Virus genome (UHGV): UHGV-0248979
From: a virus
Direction: 5' to 3' (one strand)
DNA length: 64,000 nt
Part shown: in pieces, positions 9,711-20,000 of the stretch
Layout of the letters: the number at the start of each line of letters is the position of its first letter
Position numbering within the stretch: position 1 is the first letter of the stretch
The notes under the pieces: generated by a model
Seen by the model: only the letters and a program-made list of their open reading frames with translations
Databases searched by the model: none
Told to the model about the DNA's origin: nothing
Program-made: the position numbers and the translations under genes

Positions 9711-9947
9711 ATAATGCCCCCTACCCCCTACCGGTATCCCGAGTAGCAGAATAAAGGGACAGACTGTAAAATTTTAGTACCTGTTATCGGAAGGTACTAA
9801 ATGGAGTGTAGTCTTTAAGCCGTTTGTGCAGCTCATTGAGACTTTCTTTTTTTAGTAGACATGATCTGTCTCCCCAAATGGTTTAATCAATCCGTTTCGA
9901 ATGAAACGTGTCCGTAGGGGCTGAACTGGCACTTCAGTCCCTATTCA

Positions 9948-9969
9948 CTTAAGTAATATATATCTGAAA
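9948..9969. promoter_or_regulatory. AT-rich conserved box (TAAGTAATATATATCTGAAA)
   Basis: Same box as at 5561, 43089 and 47330; lies 27 bp upstream of plus-strand gene 9996 and about 370 bp upstream of minus-strand gene 8839. Confidence 0.35.
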
Positions 9970-9995
9970 TCAATTCCGATCTAAGGAACGTCCCG

Positions 9996-10961
9996 ATGGA
10001 GAAATCCAGTGTTGATTTTTTCTCAATTGGTATCGTCGCGGAAGACAAACCCCGTGGTACAGATCGGGTAAAAGTGATACCAATTGAAACTAATTTTGCT
10101 AACCCTACCGTGGTGCAATCTGTTTCTTCAGCAACTGAAAAGACACATGAAACATCTGGTGCAACAGATAACCTAACCATTAAGACGGGTAACACGATAA
10201 CAGCAAAGTGGTGGAAGTTTAACTCCAACCGAATTAATTCCCCTGACGTTAAACGAGAAGATTACGTTATCTTGTTACGTTTGGGGAAAACCGATATTTA
10301 TTTTTGGATTGATCTGAACTTCGCTAACGTTAAGCGATTAGAGGATGCGGTTTACGCGTGGTCTGCTGACCCTGAAAACCAGATGGCGGATGACCTGTCC
10401 AATGCGTATGTGTTGAATATCTCGACGATTGACAAACATATCACGCTAAGAACAAGTATGGTGAACGGTGAGAAAGCGGCGTGGTTATTTCAGTTTGATA
10501 ATGCAAATGGCACGTGGCAGTGTGTTGACCACAAAGGGAATAAGTATTACATTAACTCGGTGGAAGACGATTTAGGTTTTGAGAATGCGATGCTCTCAAA
10601 AGTGAACATCAACAAAGAAGATGCGTTCATTTATTCAAAGCGTTCTATTAACCTGGAAACGAAAACGATTAATGAAAAATGCGAAGTTCGCAATACGGAA
10701 GCAGCGAAATCCGTTACGTTTAAAACACAAACCTGGTTAACGGAAGCAGGGAGTTCGACAACATTTAAAACGCCGAACTTTAAACAAGAAGGGAATGAAG
10801 CGATGTTCACCGGTAATCTGGAAATCGCTAAGAACTTCAAATACGGTGGTACGGGCAAAGGCGTCGGTGTCTTTACGGTTAAAGATGCGGTTATTTCTGG
10901 CATTACCTTTAGCGTTCACATTCACCAAGGTAAACATGGCCCGACATCACCTCCACAGTAA
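9996..10961 (+). CDS. hypothetical protein (321 aa)
   Basis: ATG at 9996 with AAGGAA RBS 7 nt upstream. Confidence 0.5.
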   Translation: MEKSSVDFFSIGIVAEDKPRGTDRVKVIPIETNFANPTVVQSVSSATEKTHETSGATDNLTIKTGNTITAKWWKFNSNRINSPDVKREDYVILLRLGKTDIYFWIDLNFANVKRLEDAVYAWSADPENQMADDLSNAYVLNISTIDKHITLRTSMVNGEKAAWLFQFDNANGTWQCVDHKGNKYYINSVEDDLGFENAMLSKVNINKEDAFIYSKRSINLETKTINEKCEVRNTEAAKSVTFKTQTWLTEAGSSTTFKTPNFKQEGNEAMFTGNLEIAKNFKYGGTGKGVGVFTVKDAVISGITFSVHIHQGKHGPTSPPQ

Positions 10962-11079
10962 TTCCCCTTTTTCTTACGTTGTTTTTATATATTGTGACCT
11001 GACGTTGGTAAAACTTTTTATCAACACTTTTCTTAAACCCATCGTTTAGTTAAGCAGGCCACTTTTTTCGCGCACTCTA

Positions 11080-11112
11080 CTCCTCCCTACGGGGAGGAGC
11101 TATCTTATGCTT
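11080..11112 (+). terminator. putative terminator
   Basis: CTCCTCCCTACGGGGAGGAG hairpin; T-tract imperfect. Confidence 0.3.
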
Positions 11113-11167
11113 CGGTTGTAACACACGTCGGTCTTAGACCACTAACCTTTTGAAATGGAGAGCTGTT

Positions 11168-11377
11168 ATGTCTATTAAAGAGTTCTCTTCTGCTGAGCAT
11201 ATTCCAGAAGAGTTTAAGAAAATCGGTAACGTTAGCGCTTTCGGCGATACCGTTGATCATGTAACTGGTAAACTGGCTGCTGAAGCCGAAAAAATTGGCG
11301 GCGACGCATTCAAAGTTATCGGTATTTCCGGCAACAACAAACTGCACGGTAACGCGATTGTCTACAAAAAAGACTAA
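11168..11377 (+). CDS. DUF1471 (BhsA/YcfR/YdgH-like) domain protein without signal peptide
   Basis: C-terminus FKVIGISGNNKLHGNAIVYKK resembles the enterobacterial BhsA family ending (ITSVTGPNTLHGTAVIYK from memory); ATG at 11168 with GGAG RBS; flanked by terminators. Confidence 0.5.
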   Translation: MSIKEFSSAEHIPEEFKKIGNVSAFGDTVDHVTGKLAAEAEKIGGDAFKVIGISGNNKLHGNAIVYKKD

Positions 11378-11380
11378 GCG

Positions 11381-11437
11381 AAAAAAAAACGTGCTACTCC
11401 TACCCTCTAAGAGGGTAGGAGGTTACTTTATTTTTTT
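11381..11437. terminator. bidirectional rho-independent terminator
   Basis: CTCCTACCCTC-TAA-GAGGGTAGGAG hairpin with A9 upstream and T7 downstream; sits between convergent genes. Confidence 0.65.
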
Positions 11438-12690
11438 CGTGCTCTAAAGCGATGCATTTCTAAATACACTTTTTCCCAGGGACCGAATGGACCAACGATT
11501 GCTTGAGCATCGTTAATCTTCTTCTGATTATACCACCGGGCTTCACGAAAGACGTAGTTTTGACTGTCGAATTCGGTGGTGTTAAATACCCACTCACCTT
11601 CCTCCCACGTAGGCCAATAACCTACCGTCTTTCCAAATCGATTATTTAAGTACCCTAATGGTTTTTCAGAATCAGGATCGGTGGGGTCCTTGAGATAACA
11701 ACGTCCCCAAACTGCGTTATGCGAAACACCCACAACTTCTTCTTCTAAATACGGATTATCTACCGTAAAGATAAAAGAGGATTCGTGCAGTAAAAGCGCT
11801 TTCAGTGTTTCAGGGTTACGAATACGTTGAACGTTGGTAGGCGATGATAAATCCCCCACACCGATGCTATCCCAGTCGTAATAACGTCGGGTCTCCAGAA
11901 CGGTCCGTGCAAGATCAAAATTCGGTAAAGAAATCATGATCGCACGGTCAGAGAAATAACCGTCCGGTGGCAACCAACGTAGCAATCCGCCTATGACGAA
12001 ACCCACGGTTTTCCCCGTAATAGACTCAGGCAGCGATATCATTAACGTGGAGTAATAGTCGCGTGTAGTGTCGAGCTTGTTTAGCGTAAGGTTGGCGATT
12101 GGATAGGTTTTAACATTCCCTAGCTGACCAAAAACCATACAGCCAATATCTGGCGTACATGCTCTCCGTACGATTTTACCGGCCCCAGGCAATCGCACAC
12201 CTACGGTATCCGTCTGGTGTGGTACCCATTGACCGTTAATGTTGTACAGCACACTATTACGGTATTTGTCTTTCCACTTGTCCTCACAAACGACGACAAC
12301 GTCATCAGCATCGTCTAAGCTGAAATCTTGACTGTGATGGTACCCTGGTGGACACAGATATGTTTCGACAGGTACATCGGCATTAATTGATTGGTAATGT
12401 GCCCAACTGAATTCCAGTTTCGGCAATCCGGTCTTTAGAGTGGGAATGACGTTTCCGGCTTTTTCGTTTAACCAATCTTGTAAAGTGTCTGTTCGGTTTT
12501 GTAGTTCGGCAAGATGGTATTGACTGACTAACGTATAGTCTTTACCAAGTGCACTTAAACCGATCTCAAAGGTGTGGTAGTCTGAACACAACGTAGTTAA
12601 AGGTTGCGTGACATCGATGGCTCCCCAGGTACGGGACTCTCGAGAGAAGCCAAAAGCGCTGTCGGGTCGCACTTGATAAGCAGTAGTCAC
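11428..12690 (-). CDS. hypothetical protein (420 aa)
   Basis: ORF track; divergent from plus-strand structural block. Confidence 0.55.
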   Translation of the reverse strand: MTTAYQVRPDSAFGFSRESRTWGAIDVTQPLTTLCSDYHTFEIGLSALGKDYTLVSQYHLAELQNRTDTLQDWLNEKAGNVIPTLKTGLPKLEFSWAHYQSINADVPVETYLCPPGYHHSQDFSLDDADDVVVVCEDKWKDKYRNSVLYNINGQWVPHQTDTVGVRLPGAGKIVRRACTPDIGCMVFGQLGNVKTYPIANLTLNKLDTTRDYYSTLMISLPESITGKTVGFVIGGLLRWLPPDGYFSDRAIMISLPNFDLARTVLETRRYYDWDSIGVGDLSSPTNVQRIRNPETLKALLLHESSFIFTVDNPYLEEEVVGVSHNAVWGRCYLKDPTDPDSEKPLGYLNNRFGKTVGYWPTWEEGEWVFNTTEFDSQNYVFREARWYNQKKINDAQAIVGPFGPWEKVYLEMHRFRARKK

Positions 12691-12759
12691 AGCTCTTTTT
12701 CCTCTATAGATTCAAGTCATAGTATGAACTTCGACGCCCACGGACTATAGGAGTAGATA

Positions 12760-15700
12760 ATGGCTGTCGTCTTAGACCCACACTTCAAAAAACCGGGGAA
12801 TAAAATAACCGGTGAAGCGGTCGCCGTCATTGGTACGAAATACCGAATGTTGGTACCTGCCCACGCCCCTTTTTTCACCACATCCCTGGTGGTCAAGAGC
12901 GGCGGCAAAATACTGACCTTAGGCGACGATTACGTTATTACACACCCGTACGAGACTGGTATGTTGCGCACAGCCTATCTCATTCACGGGATGATTTGGA
13001 TTGTTAATGACAAATACAAATCGAACTTTACTGTAGATTACCATGCCGTTGGTTGTGGTGAAGCAACCCAAGAGCAGATTACCGCAGAGCGCGAGCTTAA
13101 TAAAGGTAAATACCCCTCCGCGTGTCAGTGGGACACCGTCATCGGAGACGTTTACTTTCCACCGGTCGATATCCAGTTCGATTGGGAGAATTGGAAAGGT
13201 GAACTGGAGCTAATGCAGGCCATTGCTGGGGTAGGCGATTCGTTAGGGGAAGTCGTGAGTCGTCTTAACCCAATCGCACGCAATACACTGGATTTGGAAT
13301 ATCGTGCTAATAGCAAGGTTATCACTTCCGAGCAGTATGCTGCGTACGATAATAAAGGCGGTTTCACCTACAACACAGCTCGCCACCGTTATAGCCTGAG
13401 TTATAAAGCGACAACCTTTAACAACTATTCCCTGTCGGTGAAACACAGAATTCCTGCTATTCTGCCGGACATGACAAAGTTGAATCCGAACGAGCAGATC
13501 GATTGGATGCTCTGTTATGCCAACGGTGGTGCAAGCATTCTACGGTTGCAGCTAAAACAGCGCAAAATCTCACTGGTCTTAACTGTCGCTATTGGAAGCG
13601 GTTCATCAAACTACGATTATACTTTAATCAACGGTTTAACTGACGATGAGTTAAAAAACGATATCGATTTTAGTGTAACCCGACAACCCGGAAACGGCGT
13701 TTACGTAATCGTAGTAAAAACAAATAAACAGACCATGGATTATACGTTCAACGTCGATACGCCACCTGATGAGTTCTCGGCAGGGTATTCGAAAACGGAT
13801 GTAGCCAAATGGTTGAAGTCTAAAACGAACATTAACCTGAACTGGTATGCGGCTGAAAACGATAATGTTCAAATTCGTTCTTTACCCGGTGCGCCGGAGC
13901 CTGACGTTGATAACGATGTTTACCAGTTAATAGTTAAGTATCATCAGTTGGTTGAGCAGCTGTATCGTAATGCGCCTGCGCACGAACACGTTACACGTAA
14001 GGACAACCCACACACAGATACGTGGGGTCCGATCCGTGCGTTAGAGTTGAACGGTATTGCGTCGGATGCAGCATTAGCTTACGGAAAAACGAAGCCGCAG
14101 TTAACGGATTATGTTAATGCTAAGTATCCAACACAAGCGACGCTGACAGCACAAAAGAAACTATTGCGCACGTCAGCTACGAAAACGGCTAACGGAACTA
14201 TTGGAACGCTGCCCGGTTTTACTTCGTTCACGACGGAAGTTGACCCGGTGTCAATGTCGAAATACGTGAGTCCTCGTTTTAGCGAAAGCTACGTTAGTAA
14301 TGGTCACAGGTATCACGGTGCGCTTCGTTACACAGGAACGAAGAGTGGATTCGCCACTTCTTTTAATGCGGTACCTGCTAACCTGCAAGATATTGACTTT
14401 ATTGTTACCGGACGTAAAACAGCGTCTGGTAATGAAGCTGTCGGTACGGTTAGCCTACGTTTCTATCAGAAACCTGGTACTAACTCTGGAAAATTTATCC
14501 AGCTTACAGGTGAAATTTCTGCGGGTAAAGTCGGCGTTAAGTTGGAACTGAACGGTTTTTCGAATCCCACACCGGAAGTTCAGTATCTTTCCCAAGCTCC
14601 TAATCCAGCAATACCGGATGGGGATTTTACGCTGCGTTTTCAACTGAAACGCACAGGGAACGTGTTTGATGTCGTTATTACCATAAACGGCAAGACATAC
14701 AGTGCACGTGTTAACTTCACTAACATGGACGCTGCACTAGAAGCATTGGAGAATAGCCACCACTTTAAATCATTGATCAGTAATGTTGCTGACAATGTCA
14801 CTATTAGCTCGGGGAATAAAGGTAACACGGTTACCATTAAGAAAGCGCCCGACGTCGTTGACGGGACCCGTTTAGGTGCCCAGTTTGTCGTTGACCCGAA
14901 ATCCATTAAGTTTATTGGACAAGGTTCAACCGAGGTTAATGCGGGGAATAACCCTGTAACGTTTCAAGCAGGTACTAACCAACTTATATTGTATCCTGAT
15001 GATCGTGGGTTACAGTGGCGTGGTAAGAAACTCTTAGACCCCACTACCGTGGCTCCGTATCTGCCAGGCAATACCGCGGGCGGTACGGGATTATTCTACG
15101 GTACATCTACAACCACGGTAGAACTTACCGGTAGCGGGATAAAAGCATCGCCGTTCGTAGCGACTTTTATTCTCCCTACCGCGACTGATACAACAGCCCT
15201 GGCAGCTTGGCAGTTGACCGATGAGTTTGGTACCGCTGAAAACCTTGCAGCAACGCCAGCACTGATTGAAAAACTCGATGCGGAGTTCACCGGTAAATTA
15301 GTTGCGGTTAAATCGTACATTAACGACATGCAACTTACCAGCTCGGTCACTATCGACAAAATTACCTTTGGTTTAGGTAACGTTGCGAATACACCCGATG
15401 TCAATTTACCGATTTCTACAGCACAACGTGCGGAGTTAGATAAATACTCGCCTAAAGTTCACCAACACCCGTTTACCGCTTTTGGTACTGGGAACGCAAC
15501 CACAGCGAAACGTGGTCTGATTAAATTTGGTCTGGATGTGGATGATGCGACTTTAGCACTCGATGGGAGTGTGGTAATGGCGCAGACTTCCCAGATTGAA
15601 AAATTGGAAAATGCTGTCGGTGGCGTTGACTCGGGTGCTCGCGTTGACATTATTCGTTTCGGCAAGTCTGGTGACGACTTAATTAACGTTACGGTTAAAG

Positions 15701-17082
15701 ACAAAATTCTGGCTATGCTCCCCGCTTCAACGTACTTTGTTGGTGGTGAGACGTATGACGTACCGTTAATGTCGGTTAACGTCACTGAACGTTTCCCGAA
15801 TCCGAAAACGTTGATCTACGCAGGAATTTTTGTTGATATTGTTGACAACAAAGCGAAGTATGTTATCCACGACAGCTACAATCAGGCTGAAACGGATACC
15901 ATGACGCGCGTGGGAAGACTCGTTGTCAATGAGCTTTCCGAAGTGGACGTAGTGGAATTGCGTAACGTGACACGATTAGGCGAATTCCACGAGCTGAAAG
16001 ACCACATCGCTAATGACAACGCACACATTCAACGTTCTGCTTCGCGTGCAGTATTGGGGTTAAGTGATTTAACAGTAGGTGCACCTTGCTGGGCTTCTGG
16101 ACTCCAGGCAGTAGTGCGTGGTGAAGCAGATTGGCGTTATGTTGTTCGTGGACAGTATAAAGCCTTAGACGGGGTGAAATACGACCAGATCGCATCAAAG
16201 TGGATTTTCGATGCGAAAGGGGTAAGTGACAACGTTCACGGGTTTATTCACAACTTATTCCCGACTTTCAAAAACGCAGGAATGCGGGTAAGTTGGGAAA
16301 CAGAAAGCAACGCAAAAACCGGAACAGTGTTAGAAACTGTTTTAGGTTGTTGGAAGAACACCGACGGCGAGTTTATGCGGTTGTCATTACTTATCACTCG
16401 CGGTTATCGTTTAACTGACAGTAACGGTGAATATTGTTACGCAGGGTTCGGTTTGAACTTCGGTAGCGGGAAATCGGTAGTGGTAGGTTTCACACCAACG
16501 AAGCGTGTTACGCCTGCACCGTGGAGTTCATTACGACCTGACGTAACGTTTACCCACACCCGTGGTGCAAACAACGCAATAACGTTTAATGCATCGCTGA
16601 CTTTAGCTGGCACTGTGTATACTATCGTGGTGTTTTTATCCGCGACAGATAAATACGTAAGCTGTACGGCGGCAGGGGGAACTACGCAGAAAATCCCATT
16701 AGCCGACCGTTTAACCGGGTTCAATATCGAACCTATCGTTAATGATCCGTATACCCCTATTTACTACGGTTTAGGGGGACTTTATGAGGATGAGGTTCGT
16801 GCCAACATCCGCTCTACAGCAGACAGCGCAACTGCGAACAAAGTCTACGGTACGTTGTTGGACTATGTTAGCAACTATTCCTCATTAAATCGAGTACGCG
16901 TCATGGAATTGTCCGGTGTCAGCTCAGACCCCGAAACGCTTAATGCGTTAGTGGCAACTGAATTTAATAACAACCTGGCAGATTACGCTGCGTTACCGAT
17001 ACCTCCTTATCTTAACAAGGAGCGCGTAATGTCGTTTATCGACACCGACAATAAAGTGCAGGCGGTAATCATTCGCGATTAA
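12760..17082 (+). CDS. large virion structural-type protein (1440 aa), possible tail fiber/baseplate component
   Basis: AGGAG RBS; shares N-terminal P..PF(F/Y)...L.V....G.DY.L motif with the next three genes; size and operon context. Confidence 0.55.
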   Translation: MAVVLDPHFKKPGNKITGEAVAVIGTKYRMLVPAHAPFFTTSLVVKSGGKILTLGDDYVITHPYETGMLRTAYLIHGMIWIVNDKYKSNFTVDYHAVGCGEATQEQITAERELNKGKYPSACQWDTVIGDVYFPPVDIQFDWENWKGELELMQAIAGVGDSLGEVVSRLNPIARNTLDLEYRANSKVITSEQYAAYDNKGGFTYNTARHRYSLSYKATTFNNYSLSVKHRIPAILPDMTKLNPNEQIDWMLCYANGGASILRLQLKQRKISLVLTVAIGSGSSNYDYTLINGLTDDELKNDIDFSVTRQPGNGVYVIVVKTNKQTMDYTFNVDTPPDEFSAGYSKTDVAKWLKSKTNINLNWYAAENDNVQIRSLPGAPEPDVDNDVYQLIVKYHQLVEQLYRNAPAHEHVTRKDNPHTDTWGPIRALELNGIASDAALAYGKTKPQLTDYVNAKYPTQATLTAQKKLLRTSATKTANGTIGTLPGFTSFTTEVDPVSMSKYVSPRFSESYVSNGHRYHGALRYTGTKSGFATSFNAVPANLQDIDFIVTGRKTASGNEAVGTVSLRFYQKPGTNSGKFIQLTGEISAGKVGVKLELNGFSNPTPEVQYLSQAPNPAIPDGDFTLRFQLKRTGNVFDVVITINGKTYSARVNFTNMDAALEALENSHHFKSLISNVADNVTISSGNKGNTVTIKKAPDVVDGTRLGAQFVVDPKSIKFIGQGSTEVNAGNNPVTFQAGTNQLILYPDDRGLQWRGKKLLDPTTVAPYLPGNTAGGTGLFYGTSTTTVELTGSGIKASPFVATFILPTATDTTALAAWQLTDEFGTAENLAATPALIEKLDAEFTGKLVAVKSYINDMQLTSSVTIDKITFGLGNVANTPDVNLPISTAQRAELDKYSPKVHQHPFTAFGTGNATTAKRGLIKFGLDVDDATLALDGSVVMAQTSQIEKLENAVGGVDSGARVDIIRFGKSGDDLINVTVKDKILAMLPASTYFVGGETYDVPLMSVNVTERFPNPKTLIYAGIFVDIVDNKAKYVIHDSYNQAETDTMTRVGRLVVNELSEVDVVELRNVTRLGEFHELKDHIANDNAHIQRSASRAVLGLSDLTVGAPCWASGLQAVVRGEADWRYVVRGQYKALDGVKYDQIASKWIFDAKGVSDNVHGFIHNLFPTFKNAGMRVSWETESNAKTGTVLETVLGCWKNTDGEFMRLSLLITRGYRLTDSNGEYCYAGFGLNFGSGKSVVVGFTPTKRVTPAPWSSLRPDVTFTHTRGANNAITFNASLTLAGTVYTIVVFLSATDKYVSCTAAGGTTQKIPLADRLTGFNIEPIVNDPYTPIYYGLGGLYEDEVRANIRSTADSATANKVYGTLLDYVSNYSSLNRVRVMELSGVSSDPETLNALVATEFNNNLADYAALPIPPYLNKERVMSFIDTDNKVQAVIIRD

Positions 17083-17095
17083 GGAGAATTTTTTG

Positions 17096-20000
17096 ATGAA
17101 AGCGTATCCTTACGATCCTCGGGGGACGAAAACCGAGAATCACTTCTTAGAGGAGCGTATCATCGGGTCAGAAAACAACAACGATCGGGTGGTGATTTTA
17201 GACCATCGCCCGTTCTTTGAAGATTTAGTCGTCAGACAACCAGGTTCAACCACCCCACTGAGTCGTGGGGTGGACTACGAACTGCAATATCAGCTGACGG
17301 AACTGGATGACTCGGTAGCAGCCAACGTGTATTGTGGGGTACACCTTATCAACCCTTCCATCAAAGGCATCGTAACCTTTGAAGGACAAATGCTCGGCGG
17401 TACGTTCTACGACCCGTTTGTTGATATTCTCGATGAGCTGGTGAAATATTTGAATAACCCAGTCAGCGCTGACTGGTTGTTATTAGAAGGCAGACCGTCG
17501 TTATACCCGGCTACGCCTGCGGCAACGTCTTGGGCGGATTTGCTAAACAAAAAATATTTAGCGTCGGCAGTCCACGATGTTGAATTGAAAACCGATGACG
17601 CTAACCAGTTAATTAAAGATAAATTAGCCGAAGTTAAAGCGTTAGTCGCCGCGCTGGGTAAAGAAATCGAGACATTTAACTACCCGGCACACATCGCGGA
17701 AACCAACCCGCACCAAACCACTTCTGCACAGATTAACGCACATCCTGTTAACTTGAAAACACCCGACACCTTTATGGCGTACGGGTTAAAGTTGAAAGCA
17801 TTGACGGATGAGCTGAAAGCGTTTCGTTTACCACAGTCAGTTATTGACACGTATATCTCCCACTGGATTTCTTCAGAAGTACGGGGTGTGTTTAACTGTA
17901 CGGTGTCAGGAAACCGTGCACAGTTCCGCTCAAAAAACGGTGAGTCAGAAATCATTTTTGCGAATGATGGCTTTACGTTAAAATCCAACGGTTCTGTAGT
18001 GTTAGCGGTAGGGCATCTGGAAGGAACGGGTGCAGGACGTTACATTAACTGGCGTGCTGGTAAAAACATCCTACGTATCGAGTCAACAGGCGATGCTTTA
18101 GGGATGAACAAACTCACCCTAAACGGTAACCCGTTACTGACCACCACAGCATTGATGGAATACCAACAAGATCCTGATGCTGGCGGGAGCGGTGGCGGTG
18201 ACCCCGACGACTCAAAGGTGTACATCGAAGGCCGTAATGGGATTAGCTTCACCGGTAAAGGCTCTCGGACCGATCCTATCGTGGGTACTATCGACCCGAC
18301 GAAAGCGACAACCACTGAAAAAGGTGTTGTTAAGCTTAAAACTGGTAAAGGTACAGAAATCGTTGGGGTTGCAGCAACTCCGGCTTCGTTAGCGCCATAT
18401 GCGACCGACCTATCGGGGTATGTGGCTAAAACGACCATGATTAACGGTAAGCCAATGAATGACGGCTCCAGGACAATCACGAAAGCTGACCTGGGGTTAG
18501 GGCAAGCGGATAATACCGCAGATCTTGACAAACCGTTGTCAACCAAGTTAACTGAGGCGGTTAGCGGTCTAGCAGATGTGGGCCATCATCACGATTGGTC
18601 GGAGTTAGGTATTTATAAAGCTTCTCAATCTGTTTACGGTATTGGTCGTTATGCAACTAACCAGAACGGTTTGGTTGAAAACCGTGCAGTGGTACCGAAC
18701 ATCCTAAAAGAGCTTTCGGCACGTTTAAGTGTGGTCGCTGCGGCAATTGCAAATGCGAAAGAAGGAACAGTCACGGATTTCGCTGCTGTAAAAGGCGCAG
18801 ACTGGCGATTTAATAGCCAGGGTACGGCAATCTCCGTTCAGGATTTGAAATATTTCTATTTGCTGGACGGCACGAAAGGTGACAGTACCGTTACCGGTGC
18901 GATTGACCTGCAAACCACTCCGATGTTTAACTGGTTCTCACCGAACAACCAACTTGAGCTGACTTGGCCTACGGGTAAGGTGAGTAAAGGTACCGGGATT
19001 AGTTGGGATGGAATTGTTGATCCCCCAACAATGGGGTTTCAGTCAGTTCCGGTAGGTAAAAGCGCCACCCAGATGGGCGTTCAGTCCGTTGTATCGGTAC
19101 TGGCTAAAACGCGCGTCAAAGCTCGTCAGAAAAGGCTGTTTGTTTATGCCGCTGGCGGTGGGACAATAACCGTTTATGTAAATGGTGTTGTAGGCGCTAC
19201 TGGTGCGTCGCCATTGTTAATGAACTATGGAACGTCTCCAGATGTTGAAAACTACACAATTGCTGTTAAAGCAGAGTGTAGTGACACGGCTAAATCTGCA
19301 GCGGTACAGTTCGAAGTTTACGATGGTGACTACCCCGTTTATTTCAGTGGTCCTGAAACGCGTGTAGAGCTTCTCCAGGAGTTTGTCACAACGCATGTAG
19401 GTATTCGTCATTATTTGTACGTTAACATGCTCACAGGCTCTCTGTATTCGCGTGCTGAACCAGTTCAAGGATTTGAGGTCGATCCAGAACGCGGATATAT
19501 CGGTTATGTTGATATCGTTCCTGGTCAGTCTTACGCGAATAAAACCGTGGGATTTGAAACCACGTTTGATTTCGGGAAAAGTGCGGAAGTTAGCGAGCAT
19601 AATAGTATTCGTAAGGCACACGGTCTCAACGCTGCGGACTGGTCACTGACGGATAACCCACGGTTGCCGTTATTAAACCGTGCTATTGCCGAACCAAGAG
19701 CGTGTATCTTTAGGAAACCGTTAGCAACCGCTACAGGGGATGTTTTCCATCTTGTCAGTCGTGGTCTTTATACTTACGCACACAACCAAAACGTGAAGTC
19801 GAGTCTTCAATACGTTGTGATACCTGAAGGTGCTACGCCGTATTGTTGGTTTACACCATTTAACCCGAAAGAAAACAACGCACCGACATTCGAAGGCTCG
19901 TTTGCGTTCGATGTTGACGATGTTGGTGGAACGCAAGCCCTTGCTGCTGCGCCGGATTTGGTTCTATGCACGTCAACGCAAGGTAGCAGCGTTAAACGTC

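Noticed and set aside
12717-12908. 63-aa minus-strand ORF
   Set aside because: Overlaps the well-supported start of the 1440-aa plus-strand gene; no RBS.
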